Positions 40,661-55,442 of a stretch of DNA of 64,000 nucleotides are shown here, in pieces. The DNA lies in NCBI GenBank assembly GCA_963764035.1, contig CAVXQV010000004.1, forward strand, positions 157,340-221,339, in the 5' to 3' direction. Position 1 is the stretch's first letter, and every line of letters starts with the position of its first letter. The DNA is from an uncultured Verrucomicrobiae bacterium (GTDB taxonomy: Bacteria > Verrucomicrobiota > Verrucomicrobiia > Limisphaerales > UBA11358). The translations under genes were made by a program, and so were the position numbers. The notes beneath the pieces were generated by a model. That model worked only from the letters and a program-made list of their open reading frames with translations, did not search any database and was not told the DNA's origin.

Positions 40661-43600
40661 ATGAGTCGTCTCGTTTCCGCCGTGGCTGCATTTGGGCTGT
40701 TCCTGCGCACGATTCCGACGGCGGCGGCGCCGGCGGATTATCTCGTGGATGTCTGGGACACGGAGAACGGCCTGCCCGGCAGCACGGTCACGGCCATCGC
40801 GCAGACGCCGGACGGCTATCTTTGGGTGGGCACTTACGCCGGGCTGGCGCGGTTCGACGGCGTCGCGGTTTGTCACCTTCGATCCGGCCAACACGCCGGA
40901 GTTGAGCCAGCCGCGCGTGCAGGGGCTTTTTCTCGACGCCAACGGCACGCTGTGGATCAACACGTTTCGCGGCGGGCTGACGTCGTATCGCAACGGCGTG
41001 TTCCGCAACGAATTGCCGGACCAGGCGGCGTATGATTTGCACACCACGCTCGTGGTCTCGTCGTCCAAACTCGTCACGTTCGTCACGCAATCCGGCGAAG
41101 TGCTGCAGCGCGATCCGGTCGAACACCAACGCCGACTGGCAGGTGGTGCCGCCGCCGGCGGGTTCGCGTCCGATTTTTCAATGCGCCGACCGCGAAGGCC
41201 GGCTGTGGTTTTTGACGCGCGACGGGCACATTCTGCAATTCGCGGACGGCGAATTCAAGGAGTCTGCCGGGAGACGGCGGTCTGGCCGGCAGACAGATTT
41301 ACACGCTGGTGGCGGATCCGCGCGGACAGGTCTGGGCCGGGGCGGAAAATGAAATCGCCCGCTGGAACGGCAGCCAGTTTGAAGCGATGACGCCGACGAA
41401 CGGCGCGGCGGACATCCGGCCGCTGCAATTGTATCCCGATGAGGTCGGGCGCGATGTGGGTGCTGGACGGCGACCGTTTCCGCAAAATGGAAGGCCGCAA
41501 ATGGGTGGCGGAAATAGCCGAATGGCGCGGCCTGCTGGGGTCCGCGTCGGGCCGCGCGATGGGCGCGCATGAGGACCGCGACGGCGGCATGTGGTTCAAT
41601 CATTATGGCAACGGGCTGTTTCACATCACGCCGGACGGACAATATCAGCGGCTCACGACCGCAGAACGGCCTGCCGGGCGACCGCGTGGGCGCGTGGTTT
41701 CAAAGCCGGGACGGCGGCATCTGGGTGGGCATGGATCACGGCGGGCTGGCGCGCCTGCGCGAACGGCGTTTTCATGTCATCGGCGCGGCCGAAGGCTTGC
41801 CGGCGCGGACGGCGTTGTCGGTCTGCGAGGACGGCGACGGCGCGGTCTGGATTGGCACCAGCGGCGGCGGGTTGTGCCGCTGGAGCGACGGAAAAATCAC
41901 CCGCTTTCCGGTGGGCGCCAGCGCGTCGGCGAATTTTGTTTTTTCCATTGCTCCGCGCGCCGGACGGCGGTCGTGTGGTTGAGCGCGGCGGAAGGCGAGG
42001 ATTTGTATCAGTTCCACGACGGCCGGATGCAGCGCGCGTCGTGGGACGTGCATGGCATCAAATCCATTTTGACCGACCGCGCGGGCCGGATGTGGATGGG
42101 AACGAAGACGGGCATCGCGTTGTGGGCGGGCAACGAGCGGCGGATTTTGGGCACGAACGACAACGCCGCGTTGCCGGCGGTGCGGGCGCTGGCGGAAACG
42201 CCGGATGGAACCGTCTGGGCGGGCGCGGACGACGGCACGATTTATCGCTGCCGAACGAACGGGCTGGAGGCGTTCCGGCCCAGCGGACGCGCTGGCCGGG
42301 CAGCCGATTTATTCCCTGTATGCGGACGCGGCAGGGCGTCATCTGGGCGGGAACGTTTCGCGGCGGGCTGTTGCGGTTCCAGAACGGCAATTTTCCGGCG
42401 CATCACCGCCAAGCAGGGATTGCCGGTGGACGTCATCAGCCAGATTCTGGAGGACGACGACGGCCGGCTGTGGCTGGGCACGCACCAGGGAATTTACTGC
42501 GTTGCCAAATCGGCGCTGAACGCCTGCGCGGACGGCCGGACCAACACGGTGGATTATGTGGCCTACGGCCGGCACGACGGCCTGCCGGCGCTGGAATGTT
42601 CCGACGGCTACCAGCCCGGCGTGCTGGCGCGGCGCGGAACGGACGAGCTGTGGTTCACCACCATCCGCGGCGTGGTGTGGGTCAATCCGGACGAACTGAC
42701 GGCCAAGTCCGCCGCCGCCGCCGGTGCTCATCGAGGAATTGCGCGTGGACGGCGAACCGGTGCCGTTGCGCGGCGAAAAAATCATCGTGCCGCCGGGACA
42801 CACGCAGTTTGATTTCCGCTTCACCGCGTTGAGTTTTGATGCGGGCGACAAGGCGCGGTTCCGTTACCGGATGGACGGGTTGGACGCGGACTGGGTGGAC
42901 GCCGAGACGCGGCGCACGGCGCATTACGGGCCGCTGCCGCCGCGCAACTATCGTTTTCACGTCATCGCCTGCAACAGCGAGGGCGATCTGGAATGACACC
43001 GGCGCGGCGATTGACTTTCACCGTCGAGCCGTATTTTTACCAGACGTCGTGGTTTTTGATTCTGGCCTGGCGCGGCGGTCATCGGCGGCGTCGGTGTTCG
43101 CCGCGCGCCGGATCGGCCACGCGCAAATACCGCCGCAAGCTGGCGCGGCTGGAGACAGCAGCACGCCATCGAACGCGACCGCGCCCGCATCGCCAAGGAC
43201 ATCCACGACGACGTCGGCGCCGGGCTGACGCAAATCACGCTGCTGACCGAACTGGCGCGGCGCGAGCCGGAGCAGACCGGCAAACATCTGGAACGCATCG
43301 CCGGCTCCGCGCGGCAACTGACCAAGGCGATGGACGAAATCGTCTGGGCGGTGGATCCGCAGCACGACACGTTTGAAGGGCTTGATGGATTACATCTCCG
43401 CCTACGCCGAGGATTTTCTGCGCGTGGCGGGCATCCGCTGCCGCATGGATTTGCCGGTGGCGCTGCCGGCGGTGCGCGTGGAGGCCGAGCTGCGCTACAA
43501 TCTGTTCCTCGCGTTGAAGGAGGCGTTGAACAACGTGGTCAAGCACGCCCAGGCCACCGAGGTCTGGCTGCGGCTGCGGATCGAAGCCGAAAACTTTCAC

Positions 43601-43933
43601 GCTGGTCGTCGAGGACAACGGCCGGGGCCTGCCGGGCGCCGGACGGCAGCGCGCCGGTCACTCGACGCGGACCGCATCGCCTCCGGTTCCGGCCTGGCGA
43701 ATCTGGAGAAACGGCTGGCGGCCGTCGGCGGCCGTTGCGACATCCACAGCCGGCCCGGGCACGGCACGCGGGTGGAAATGACGGTGGCACTCAAACCCGG
43801 CGGCATCGCCAGTTGTGGCGATTGGCCGGACGACGATGCCGGATTAGATTCAGCCATGACACGAGCGATCCAGAATGTTCCGGCGACACATGCGACGCGA
43901 ACCAGTTCGGAAGAATTTTGCGCATTGACATGA
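40661..43933 (+). pseudogene. Sensor histidine kinase with Reg_prop beta-propellers, Y_Y_Y, HisKA_3 and HATPase_c; reading frame broken many times
   Basis: Signal peptide MSRLVSAVAAFGLFL. Propeller motifs GLPGSTVTAIAQTPDGYLWVGT, IWVGMDHGGLARL, VWIGTSGGGLCRW, MWMGTKTGIALW, LWLGTHQGIYCV. Y_Y_Y-like FDFRFTALSFDAGDKARFRYRMDGLDADW. HisKA_3 ERDRARIAKDIHDDVGAGLTQI. ATPase LKEALNNVVKHAQA...GSGLANLEKRLAAVGGRCDIHSRPGHGTRVEM. The pieces are scattered over all three forward frames (ORFs 40289, 40692, 41032, 41309, 41439, 41569, 42205, 42724, 42993, 43330, 43373), so well over ten frame changes are needed. Confidence 0.85.
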
Positions 43934-44590
43934 GCATTTCCGTTTCCATCGTCGAAGACGACCCGCAGGTGCGGGCGAGCCTGGCCAAGCTGATTGACAG
44001 TTCGCCGGGCTTCCGCTGCGTGAGCCGGCACGGCAGCGCGGAAAATGCGCTGGCAGGAAATTCCCGGAATCAAGCCGGACGTGGTGCTGATGGACATCAA
44101 CCTGCCGGGCATCAACGGCGTGGAATGCGTGCGCCGGCTCAAGCCGCTGTTGCCCGCGCACGCAGATCATCATGCTGACGGTGTATCAGAACACGGAACA
44201 CATTTTCAACGCGCTGGCGGCGGGCGCCACCGGCTATCTGCTCAAGCAGACGCCGCCGGCGGAATTGCTGGCGGCCATCCAGGAGGTCCATGCCGGCGGT
44301 TCGCCCATGAGCAGCCACATCGCGCGCAAAATCGTGCAGTCGTTCCAGCGGCCGGCGGCGCCTGCCGTCCGAGGCGCAGAGCCTCTCGCCGCGCGAGGCG
44401 GAGGTGCTGGATCTGCTGGCGAAGGGATTTCTCTACAAGGAAATCGCCGAGATGAAAGGTGACCTACGCCACCGTGCACACCCACATCCGGCACATTTAC
44501 GAAAAACTCCACGTGCGCTCGCGCACGGAGGCGGTGGCCAAGCACCTCGGCCAGGCCGCCGCGGCGGCGAAACGGCGGTTTCCGGATTGA
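43930..44590 (+). pseudogene. NarL/LuxR-family response regulator, reading frame broken about four times
   Basis: The segments are MSISVSIVEDDPQVRASLAKLIDSSPGF..., QEIPGIKPDVVLMDINLPGINGVECVRRLKPLLP, QIIMLTVYQNTEHIFNALAAGATGYLLKQTPP, LSPREAEVLDLLAKGFLYKEIAE and VTYATVHTHIRHIYEKLHVRSRTEAVAKHL. They lie in different frames. The start overlaps the kinase stop (ATGA). Confidence 0.85.
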
Positions 44591-44876
44591 CGGTCGGTTG
44601 AGGCCGGTGTCACCAGAATTGGCGATGGCCTCGGATTGCAGATGTAGTATATTGACCCGCGTAAACCACGAGCAAAGCCGCCGGATTGCGGAATGCATGT
44701 CCGTTGCGGAGTGGATTTAACCACTATGCGAACCAGGTCAACCTTGCAAGCCACTGTCCTTCGGAAGCCGCGGCCGGCGCGCGGCGCGGTTCCGGCGGAT
44801 TGGATGCCATGTTTTTTTGTTGACTTGGTTTAAGAACTTGCGCGAAACTCACCCAGCACACAACACACAAACACTC

Positions 44877-45677
44877 ATGAAAAAAACAATCAAGTTAGCC
44901 AAAGCATTCACCCTCATCGAACTTCTGGTGGTGATCGCCATCATCGCCATTCTGGCCGCCCTGCTGTTGCCGGCGCTGGCCAAGGCCAAAAAAGCCGCGC
45001 GCCGCGCGGCATGCATCAACAACATCAAACAGGCCGGACTCGCCTTCAAAATCTGGCAAAACGATCATGGCGACAAGTATCCCACCGCCGTCAGCACCGC
45101 CCGCTGGGGCGCGATGGAGAACATCTTCAGTCAGGTTGGCGGTCCCGCGCCAGCCGGATATGGCGTGACCAACGTCTTTTGTGTCATGTCCAACGAAATC
45201 GTCAACCCCAAGATTTTGACCTGCCCCGCCGACCTCTCCAAAACGGCATATCCCAATGAAACCGGCTCCACGGCGACGGGACCGTTGATGCAATCGGCAA
45301 CGAACTGGGCCGGATTCGGCAACCAGAATTTGAGTTATTTTGTCGAGGGGAACGCGTATGACAAATTTCCGGCGATGATCCTCTTTGGGGACCGCAATAT
45401 TGGGACCGCGACCGCGAACACGTCGCCGGCCGTTACCATGAACATGTATAACAACGGCTATGCCGAAGTTGCGGTTGCCGGCTTGACTCCCAAGGTCCAG
45501 CTAAAATCATTTCCGTGGAATTGGTCGGATTTGGATATCCACGAGGGGGCCGGTAATCTTGGCTTGGCCGACGGCAGTGCCCAGCAGTCGTCGCTGGGCG
45601 GCCTGCAACAATCGCTCAATGCCACGGTCAACGCCAGAGGCAAAGGCAATTTGAACACCATCATAAACATGCCGTAA
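44877..45677 (+). CDS. Prepilin-type N-terminal cleavage/methylation domain protein (pseudopilin-like)
   Basis: [40 protein letters not shown]-terminal [15 protein letters not shown] (H-X9-DG-like). Confidence 0.85.
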   Translation: MKKTIKLAKAFTLIELLVVIAIIAILAALLLPALAKAKKAARRAACINNIKQAGLAFKIWQNDHGDKYPTAVSTARWGAMENIFSQVGGPAPAGYGVTNVFCVMSNEIVNPKILTCPADLSKTAYPNETGSTATGPLMQSATNWAGFGNQNLSYFVEGNAYDKFPAMILFGDRNIGTATANTSPAVTMNMYNNGYAEVAVAGLTPKVQLKSFPWNWSDLDIHEGAGNLGLADGSAQQSSLGGLQQSLNATVNARGKGNLNTIINMP

Positions 45678-45933
45678 GCGGTGATGCGGCTTGCCTGAAA
45701 TAAGAGAATTGCGGTTCGGGGTTGGCGTGCTTTTCAGCAAGCCAACTTTTTTTGAGAAGGGAGACCAGCCGGCAATGACGCTGGCCTGACGAGCACTCTT
45801 TTGTCCGCCCCGCCGATATTTTCAAAACAGACGGAAAGTTTTCTTTCTTTGGGAATTTCGCGAAAAAGTCAAAATTTGACATGCGGTGGTCAAGAATGGA
45901 CATTGCTGGGGTGGAAATCTGTGATAGCGTGAG

Positions 45934-46863
45934 ATGAACGATTTCAACGATAATGTCATGGTCATGAAAAGCATATATGGCGACAAAATCCCGCGGCGGC
46001 GGGAAGGTTTTACCCTCATTGAGTTGCTGGTGGTCATCGCCATCATCGCCATTCTGGCGGCGTTGCTGCTGCCGGCGCTGGCCAGCGCAAAAATGAAGGC
46101 CACGGAAGCGGCCTGTATCAGCAATCAGAAGCAGTTGACGCTGGCCGCCCTCATGTATTCCAGCCAATACGACGATAAGATTGTAGATTATGGCGAACCG
46201 GCGGGGATATCTGATATGGATGGTTACATCAGAGTCACTCCAGCAACGGCAACATGGCTCAATCCGGTAGCGACGACGCCGGACCAAGCTCAAAATGAGT
46301 TGTTCGCGCAATTGCGGGCTCCAGGGATTGATCCGCTTTACCGGTATGCCAATAACATTCAAGTCATTCATTGTCCCGGTGATACCCGATACAAATTCAG
46401 AACTCCAGGCAATGGTTGGGCTTTCGACAGTTATTCAAAAAGTCAAAACGTCGCCGGGGACCCTCAAGGTTCGGGATCAGGCCCCGGGTATCCGACGATA
46501 AGTTCAGTTCTCAATCCTGTTTCCACATTCTTGTTCAGGGAGGATGATGATTCCCGGGGTTTCAATCTGGGCACTTGGGAATTGAATTGGCAGCCTAACA
46601 CCGCGACCTCGGCGCCATATCCACACACCCAATCGTTCACTTGGGTGGATCCCATTCCCATGTATCATGGAAATGTAAGCACGGCTTCATTTGTGGACGG
46701 TCATGCTGAAGCTTATACGTGGGGCGATGGGGCCATCATCAAATACGGCAAATTAATTGCGGCGGGAGGCACGACTGTGTTCAACCCACCAAATCCACCC
46801 AATATAACGGCGGATTACGATTACGTTTATGAAAACTATCGTTTCCCGGGATGGAAGGAATAA
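45934..46863 (+). CDS. Prepilin-type N-terminal cleavage/methylation domain protein (pseudopilin-like)
   Basis: [33 protein letters not shown]-terminal [17 protein letters not shown] (H-X9-DG). The start is uncertain (45934, 45958 or 45964). Confidence 0.85.
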   Translation: MNDFNDNVMVMKSIYGDKIPRRREGFTLIELLVVIAIIAILAALLLPALASAKMKATEAACISNQKQLTLAALMYSSQYDDKIVDYGEPAGISDMDGYIRVTPATATWLNPVATTPDQAQNELFAQLRAPGIDPLYRYANNIQVIHCPGDTRYKFRTPGNGWAFDSYSKSQNVAGDPQGSGSGPGYPTISSVLNPVSTFLFREDDDSRGFNLGTWELNWQPNTATSAPYPHTQSFTWVDPIPMYHGNVSTASFVDGHAEAYTWGDGAIIKYGKLIAAGGTTVFNPPNPPNITADYDYVYENYRFPGWKE

Positions 46864-47077
46864 GCCTGGGCCAAATTAGCGCCGAAGGGTCGGAAGCCGG
46901 AAGCAGGATTTCGAGCAGGCGATGGTTTGTCTCCGGCAGTTGGGACGCAATAGTTGTAAACGGATGCCAGTGGAGTATATTGGCACGGCTCTGGTGGCAG
47001 ACAAATCTGCACACTCTGGTTCCTCCGATGTTCAGGTTTCAGCCTGTTATCAGGGCCGAACGTGTGACGCGCTCCGG

Positions 47078-48403
47078 TTAATTCCCCAAAGGCTTTTCAC
47101 CGGAACTGACCGGGCTGGCCGGCATCTGGAAATCGGCGACGGAGTCCGGATGTGATGGATTGAAACCCTTGAAATCATTCACGATGAGTTTCGCCAGCGG
47201 CAATTTCGCCTGCTTGATGCCTTCCACGACACATTGTGCAAGCTCATAGCTGCCGTAATCGTTGTGGTGCGTCCCGTCCTGAAACGCCTTGCCGAGATCG
47301 CCGCCGAGCGCCTTGTATAACGCCAGGCTCATGGTGTTCAGGTCAATCAGCGCGCAGTTTTCCTGCTTCGCCACTTCGCGGACGGCATCGGGATAACCCA
47401 TAAGTGTCGGCGCGTTGACGCCGGCCTCGCGTTCCATTGAGGTTACCAGCACGGGCGTGGCGCCGCACGAGCGGGTTCGCGCGATCACCGTCTTCAGATC
47501 CGCTTTGTATGTCTCCAATGCATTCGCCGCGCGCGATTTCATGTCGTTGTGGCCGAACTGGACGAACAGGTAATCGCCCGGCTTCAGCAGGCTGAAAATC
47601 TTCTCAAACCGCTGCGCCCGCAGGGAATCGGCGACCGTCTCGCCGGATTCGGCGTGGTTGGCCACGGCAACCTCCGGCTTGAAAAAACGCGGCAGCATCT
47701 GGCCCCAACTGTTCCACGGCTCGGCCGGCTGGTCGCAAACCGTGGAGTCGCCCATTAGAAAGACCGTCGGCACATCCACTTTTTCAATCTCCAATCCCCG
47801 GAGACAGGGATGCGTGCCGTTGAATTCGAGAGTAAGTTTTTCATCCCACGCCCGCCATTCGTTCGTGGTTTCGCGCGGTTTCAGATGCACGCGGTTGCTC
47901 TCGGAAATGAACGGCGTGCGGATGTTGACAATGAATGTGCGCGACACTTTTCCGCCGGTCGGGACCGCGACCTTTTCCAACATCAGCCGCCGCAACTCGG
48001 CCTTCACCGTCATGACCGGCTGGCCGGGGCCATCGCCAAACAAAGTTGTGACCCGGTAATTTCCTTCCGGCACTTTGACTGAAAAATAGAACGGCCGGTC
48101 GCTCGCCACGTAATTGCCGCCGGCAGGCGCCGACACACTCGCGCCCGGTTCGTAGCCGTATCCCGATCTGGCGGAATACAGATTGGTTGGCGAAACTTGG
48201 ATCCAACCCGGCTCAACTTGCTGGCCAAACGCAAATTTGAAAGTGATCTGGGCGCTCCCGGCCGGGCCGGCAACCGCCAGAGTTGCGACGAGGAGGCAAA
48301 AGGCGATTCCGCCGGCAACCTGGCGAGCGTTGGCTTTGGGCTGTCCGGAACCCATAGTATTCAACCTCAAGGGCTTGATTTTTTGAGACATGGTTGCAGC
48401 CAT
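47078..48403 (-). CDS. SGNH/GDSL hydrolase, rhamnogalacturonan acetylesterase-like (CE12), with N-terminal beta domain
   Basis: SGNH blocks VFLMGDSTV (I), FVQFGHNDMK (III) and DGTHHNDYG (V). Signal-like N-terminus with an uncertain start. Confidence 0.85.
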   Translation of the reverse strand: MAATMSQKIKPLRLNTMGSGQPKANARQVAGGIAFCLLVATLAVAGPAGSAQITFKFAFGQQVEPGWIQVSPTNLYSARSGYGYEPGASVSAPAGGNYVASDRPFYFSVKVPEGNYRVTTLFGDGPGQPVMTVKAELRRLMLEKVAVPTGGKVSRTFIVNIRTPFISESNRVHLKPRETTNEWRAWDEKLTLEFNGTHPCLRGLEIEKVDVPTVFLMGDSTVCDQPAEPWNSWGQMLPRFFKPEVAVANHAESGETVADSLRAQRFEKIFSLLKPGDYLFVQFGHNDMKSRAANALETYKADLKTVIARTRSCGATPVLVTSMEREAGVNAPTLMGYPDAVREVAKQENCALIDLNTMSLALYKALGGDLGKAFQDGTHHNDYGSYELAQCVVEGIKQAKLPLAKLIVNDFKGFNPSHPDSVADFQMPASPVSSGEKPLGN

Positions 48404-48473
48404 TTGAAATCAGACGCGGATCGTCCGGGAAAAGTGACAAAAACGCAATCGCCCAAAGAAGCGAAGGCAATCG

Positions 48474-50966
48474 TCAACGACTTTGCAGGGTCAAGTTCGC
48501 GGCTGCCTGACCGGGGGTCGAGGCTTGCAAAGAAATGCCGCCGGGCGACGTGGTGGTTTGCAATATTACCAAACCTCGGCCTTGGAAGGCGTGGTGCTTG
48601 CTCGCTTTGCAGTCCTCGGTGTTGTTTACGTCCCCATTGCCGATACCGAGCAGCTTGGCTGGACCGGTCATTTCAAAAGTCACCTCCGGCGCGGCATTTA
48701 CCACGCGCACGCCGTTTTCGTCCACGATCCGGAATTCAATCTGGCAGACATCCTTGCCATCGGCATGCAGGACCTGCGTGTCTGGGAGCAATTCAATCCG
48801 GCTGGCCGGCCCGGCGGTCTGCAAAACACAATCGCAAACGTCCTGCCCGTTTGCGCGGCCGACGGCTTTGAGCTTCCCCGGCTCGAAGGGCACCTGCCAC
48901 CGCAACACACCGTTGACGGCCTCGGAAGATTGTTTCGTGCCGATGACCTTGCCGTTGAGGGACAATTCGACTTCAGGACAATTGGCGTTGCAGTTGACGG
49001 TGATGGTTGAGTTCGGCGGCCAATTCCAACTTTCCAAGCCGCCGGAGCCACGCCGTCCTCCGCCGAAGCTGCTCCCGCCGGAGGCGCAGAGATAAACCAT
49101 CGGTTTGTCACTCCAGAGACTTTGCCGGAACCAGGCGAGCGGTTTCTTGAAACTGCACAGGTCGAGCAGGCCGGCGCCGCTGGCGCGATTTGGCCAGCGG
49201 CCGGCTTCGCCAAGATAGTCCGCGCCGGTCCAGAGAAACTGGCCGGAGATATAGGCATTCGTCTTCACCGCGAGCCACGCGCCGTATTGCGTGCTGTTCT
49301 CGCTGCCATAAATGATCCGTCGCGGGTATTTCCTGTGGTCGGCGGCGTAGCGCTGTTCCTGGTAATTGTAGCCGTCCGCGTCGAGCAGCGCCGCCAGCCC
49401 GACGGCGTCGGACATCGAGACGGTCGCCAGCGCCGCCGTCACCGGGCGGGTGCGGTCGAGCGCTTTCACTGCTGCAATCAACGGCTTGGCAAGCGTCACC
49501 ATGTTTTTCGCCGGCGGATTTTGCGGGCGATATTCCGCGCCGAGCACCGGATCCGAAAACGGGTCGTTTGCGAAATCAATCTCGTTGCCGATGCTCCAGA
49601 GAATGATGCTGGGATGATTGCGGTCGCGGCGGACCATGTCCTGCAGGTCCGCTACTCCCCATTGATCAAAGTTTTCGCCGTAGCCGAAGTGGGCAGGTTC
49701 GCCGTCGTTCCGGCCGGTGACCCATTTGTTCTTCATCGGCGTCCATTCGTCAAACGCCTCGTCCATCACGAGGAAGCCCATGTGGTCGCAAAAGTCCAGC
49801 AACGCCGGGTCGGGTGGATTGTGGCTGGTGCGGATGGCGTTCACGCCGATTTCCTTGAGCGTGAGCAGCCGGCGTTCCAGCACCTTGTCCGGCACGGCAG
49901 CGCCAATCGGGCCGGCGTCGTGGTGCAGGCAAACGCCCTTGATTTTCAAATTTTTGCCGTTGAGGGAAAATCCCCTCGCCGGGTCGAAGACCGCAGTGCG
50001 GATGCCGAACGGCGTGGTCGCCTCGTCGAGAATTTTGCCGTCGGAAATGATTTTGCTGATAACGCGGTAGAGTTTCGGGTCGTCGAGGTTCCAGAGTTGA
50101 GGATTGTGAACGACAAGTTCCTGGGTGATTTCGCGCGACGGAGCGCCGAGCACCGGCTCGGCTCGGATAGAATTCCGGAAACGCGCCGAGCCGGTGCTTG
50201 GCGCTCCAATCGCTGAAATTTTAGCCGCAGTTTTGGTTGTTGCCACGACGCTACCGTCCGGCGCGACGAGCGCCGTTTCCAGCGCAAACGATTTTTCCGC
50301 GCCCGAGACGTTTTCAATCGTGGTGGCGACACGAATGACGGCTGAAGCCGCTTTTATTTTCGGCGTGGTCACGGACACGCCCCAGTGCGCGATCCGCAAT
50401 TTGTCCGAGATGACCAGCCGGACATTTCGGTAAATGCCCGAGCCGGTGTAAAAACGTGAATCGGCAAACCGGGAATGGTCCACGCGCACGGCGATGACAT
50501 TGTCGCCGCCGAACTTGATGAACGGTGTCAGGTCGTATTGAAAGCTCGAATAGCCGTAAGGCCGCTCGCCGACGAACTGGCCGTTGATCCAGACCTCCGA
50601 CCAGTCATACACGCCGTCGAATTCAATCGCGACCGCCCGGCTTTTTTGGACCGCATCCAGCCTGAAATGTTTCCGATACCATCCGAAGCCGCCGGGCGCG
50701 TAACCGTTGCCGCTGCCGTAATCGGCGGTAAACGGCCCGTCGCTGCTCCAATCATGCGGCACGTTCACCGGACGCCAGCCGCGGTCATTGAATGCCGGCA
50801 TCATCGCCGACGCGAAATCGCCCTTGCTGAAAAGCCAGTTGGCGTCGAAATCCATCGTAGCCCGTGCTTCAGCCTCCGCGGCACGGGCCGGCGTCGGCCA
50901 AAAGTTGATGGCTAGTGTCGCCGCGACTAAGACCGCGGCCCGCGCGAAAAAGGAGCGATGGGCCAT
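48474..50966 (-). CDS. Glycoside hydrolase family 2 (beta-galactosidase-like)
   Basis: 830 aa with a signal peptide. Motifs [47 protein letters not shown] (acid/base Glu). Confidence 0.9.
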   Translation of the reverse strand: MAHRSFFARAAVLVAATLAINFWPTPARAAEAEARATMDFDANWLFSKGDFASAMMPAFNDRGWRPVNVPHDWSSDGPFTADYGSGNGYAPGGFGWYRKHFRLDAVQKSRAVAIEFDGVYDWSEVWINGQFVGERPYGYSSFQYDLTPFIKFGGDNVIAVRVDHSRFADSRFYTGSGIYRNVRLVISDKLRIAHWGVSVTTPKIKAASAVIRVATTIENVSGAEKSFALETALVAPDGSVVATTKTAAKISAIGAPSTGSARFRNSIRAEPVLGAPSREITQELVVHNPQLWNLDDPKLYRVISKIISDGKILDEATTPFGIRTAVFDPARGFSLNGKNLKIKGVCLHHDAGPIGAAVPDKVLERRLLTLKEIGVNAIRTSHNPPDPALLDFCDHMGFLVMDEAFDEWTPMKNKWVTGRNDGEPAHFGYGENFDQWGVADLQDMVRRDRNHPSIILWSIGNEIDFANDPFSDPVLGAEYRPQNPPAKNMVTLAKPLIAAVKALDRTRPVTAALATVSMSDAVGLAALLDADGYNYQEQRYAADHRKYPRRIIYGSENSTQYGAWLAVKTNAYISGQFLWTGADYLGEAGRWPNRASGAGLLDLCSFKKPLAWFRQSLWSDKPMVYLCASGGSSFGGGRRGSGGLESWNWPPNSTITVNCNANCPEVELSLNGKVIGTKQSSEAVNGVLRWQVPFEPGKLKAVGRANGQDVCDCVLQTAGPASRIELLPDTQVLHADGKDVCQIEFRIVDENGVRVVNAAPEVTFEMTGPAKLLGIGNGDVNNTEDCKASKHHAFQGRGLVILQTTTSPGGISLQASTPGQAAANLTLQSR

Positions 50967-51119
50967 GTGATTGTCAGAGTTGTTCGCGCAGCCTACGCCA
51001 TTTGCAAACCGGCAACAAGTCCGGGCTTCGCGACAGGGCTGTGCGGGTATTTCACCGGCTTGCGCAAAGCATTGAATAGGGCAAATTGTTTCCGGTTCGC
51101 ATCGCTAAAATGGATTGAT

Positions 51120-52106
<987 letters not shown>

Positions 52107-52131
52107 AATCCACGTCATCCGCGCTGGATTC

Positions 52132-53554
<1,423 letters not shown>

Positions 53555-53656
53555 AATTTTCGATTGTTGGAGTTTTCGGAGCGCCGGTCTCCGACCCGGC
53601 GCGTTTCAATACATGTTACCAACACGCCGGCTCGAGAGCGGCGCTCAGCGTTACGT

Positions 53657-54979
53657 CTACGCCACCAGCCGTTTCCAAAGCTCGATGTCCTCAAGTTTTT
53701 GTTTGATGGCGTTGACGAACTTCGCGCCGAGCGCGCCGTCCACGATGCGATGGTCGCACGAAAGCGTCAGCTTCATCATGTGGCGCACGACGATTTTGTC
53801 GTCGCGCACGACCGGCTGCGGTTTGATGCTCGCGACGCCAAGGATGGCGCTGCCGCCCGGATTGATGATGGGTCCGAAGCTTTCTACGTCCATCATGCCC
53901 ATGTTGGAGATGGTGAACGTGCCGCCGCTCATTTCGTCCGGCGTGGCCTTTCCGGCGCGCGCCTTTTCAATCAGCACCTTCGATTGCCGGCAAAGTTCCA
54001 TCAGCGGCAATTGTTCCGCCGCGCGGATGACGGGCACGAGCACGCCCTCGTCCACCGTCACGGCGATGCCGAGGTTGACGTGGCTGTTCCAACGCATGAT
54101 CCGGCCGTCGGTCGAGCTGTTGATCTCGGGGAATTCCTGCAATTTCATCACCACCGCCTGGGAAATGAAATCGGTGACGGTGTAGGGCGCGCCCGCGGCC
54201 TTCAGCTCGTTGCGGTAGGCGAGCAGGTCCGTCATGTCCACAGAAATGGTGAGGTAGAAATGCGGCGTGTCGCGGAAACTCTGCGTGAGCCGTTGCGCGA
54301 TGACCTGGCGCATGTTGCTCATCAGCTTCGGCCGCTCGGCGATGGCGCGCTCGACGTCGGCCACGGTGATGCGGCCGTCCGCGGGTTGAATCAGCAGCAC
54401 GTCGAATTTTTCCTTCGCCGCCAGTTCCTTCGCGGCGGGGGTGATGCGCAACTGGTGGTAGCCCTGCTGCTGCAAAAATGATTGCACGTCCTTTTCCACG
54501 ACGCGGCCTTCCGGCCCAGTGCCGGGGATGCGCGTGGCGTTAATGACGGAATCGTCCGCCAGCGCCGCCGCGCGCGGGCTGATGCGGAACACTGCCGGAG
54601 CCGCCGGAGCGACCGGCGTGGCAACTGGCGGCACGCCTGGAACGGGAACCGCCGCCTGAATGATGGCCGCACGCACAGCCGACGCAATCGCGGATTTGGG
54701 CGCGGCAGTCGCCGGCACGGGGATGGCCGGAATCGGTTCGCCCGGTTGGCCGAGAAAACCGACCGTGCTTTGCACCGGCACGCTGATGCCCGCCGGCACG
54801 CCGATTTTTAGCAACGTGCCTTCCTCGAAACATTCCACCTCCATGATCGATTTGTCGGTTTCGACGGTGAATAGGATGTCACCCTTGGCGACCTGGTCGC
54901 CTTCCTTCTTGAGCCATTCGACGATGGCGCTTTCTTCGGTCATCTGACCAAACTTCGGCATGATGATTGGAGTAGACAT
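53657..54979 (-). CDS. Dihydrolipoamide acyltransferase (E2) of a 2-oxoacid dehydrogenase complex
   Basis: Lipoyl domain ILFTVETDKSIMEVECFEEGTLLKI, a peripheral subunit-binding region, and the catalytic LSCDHRIVDGALGAKF. Confidence 0.92.
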   Translation of the reverse strand: MSTPIIMPKFGQMTEESAIVEWLKKEGDQVAKGDILFTVETDKSIMEVECFEEGTLLKIGVPAGISVPVQSTVGFLGQPGEPIPAIPVPATAAPKSAIASAVRAAIIQAAVPVPGVPPVATPVAPAAPAVFRISPRAAALADDSVINATRIPGTGPEGRVVEKDVQSFLQQQGYHQLRITPAAKELAAKEKFDVLLIQPADGRITVADVERAIAERPKLMSNMRQVIAQRLTQSFRDTPHFYLTISVDMTDLLAYRNELKAAGAPYTVTDFISQAVVMKLQEFPEINSSTDGRIMRWNSHVNLGIAVTVDEGVLVPVIRAAEQLPLMELCRQSKVLIEKARAGKATPDEMSGGTFTISNMGMMDVESFGPIINPGGSAILGVASIKPQPVVRDDKIVVRHMMKLTLSCDHRIVDGALGAKFVNAIKQKLEDIELWKRLVA

Positions 54980-54986
54980 AAATTTA

Positions 54987-55442
54987 TTAGCCGCGAGAGA
55001 ACACAAAGAACGCAAAGAAAAAAGGCATGAGGCAGGCCAAACGACCAAGACCCTCTTCCTTTACCTTGCCCTGACTCAACACATATTTCCGAATTTGAAA
55101 ACGATACGAGCCGAAATTGATCAGCAGCCCGTGTTCGATCCGCGAGGCTTTCAAATAGCCAAGCGTCTGCGCAACGTGTTCGTCGGCGATGGTTTTGGCC
55201 GCTTTCAATTCCACGATGAGCCGGTTTTCAACCAGCAGGTCTGCAAAATAATCACCAATTTCCGTGCCGTCCTCGTCATAAACTTTCAACGGATGCTGTT
55301 GCTTCACATCGAGGCCTGCCTTGCAAAGTCGGTGTGCAAGAGCGTTCTCATAAACTTTTTCCAAGTGCCCATTGCCATGATAGACATGGATTTCATACGC
55401 CGTCTGCCGCACGAAGTCGCACAGATCGTTTATGGTTTTCAT
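54987..55442 (-). CDS. GxxExxY protein (PD-(D/E)XK-superfamily, TIGR04256-like) inserted between the E1 and E2 genes
   Basis: HVYHGNGHLEKVYENALAHRL carries G-x-x-E-x-x-Y. Also ADLLVENRLIVELKA and GLLINFG. Lower GC than its neighbours. The C-terminal ~25 codons run into a flanking repeat. Confidence 0.8.
   Translation of the reverse strand: MKTINDLCDFVRQTAYEIHVYHGNGHLEKVYENALAHRLCKAGLDVKQQHPLKVYDEDGTEIGDYFADLLVENRLIVELKAAKTIADEHVAQTLGYLKASRIEHGLLINFGSYRFQIRKYVLSQGKVKEEGLGRLACLMPFFFAFFVFSRG

Noticed and set aside
40661-44590. Programmed ribosomal frameshifting as the explanation for the broken frames
   Set aside because: There are too many shifts in both directions, with no slippery heptamers or downstream structures at the junctions. 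Indel errors or pseudogenisation are far more plausible.
48483-50216. Plus-strand ORFs (48483..49010, 48535..49095, 49122..50216) opposite the GH2 gene
   Set aside because: They are shadow frames of a well-supported 830-aa GH2 gene.
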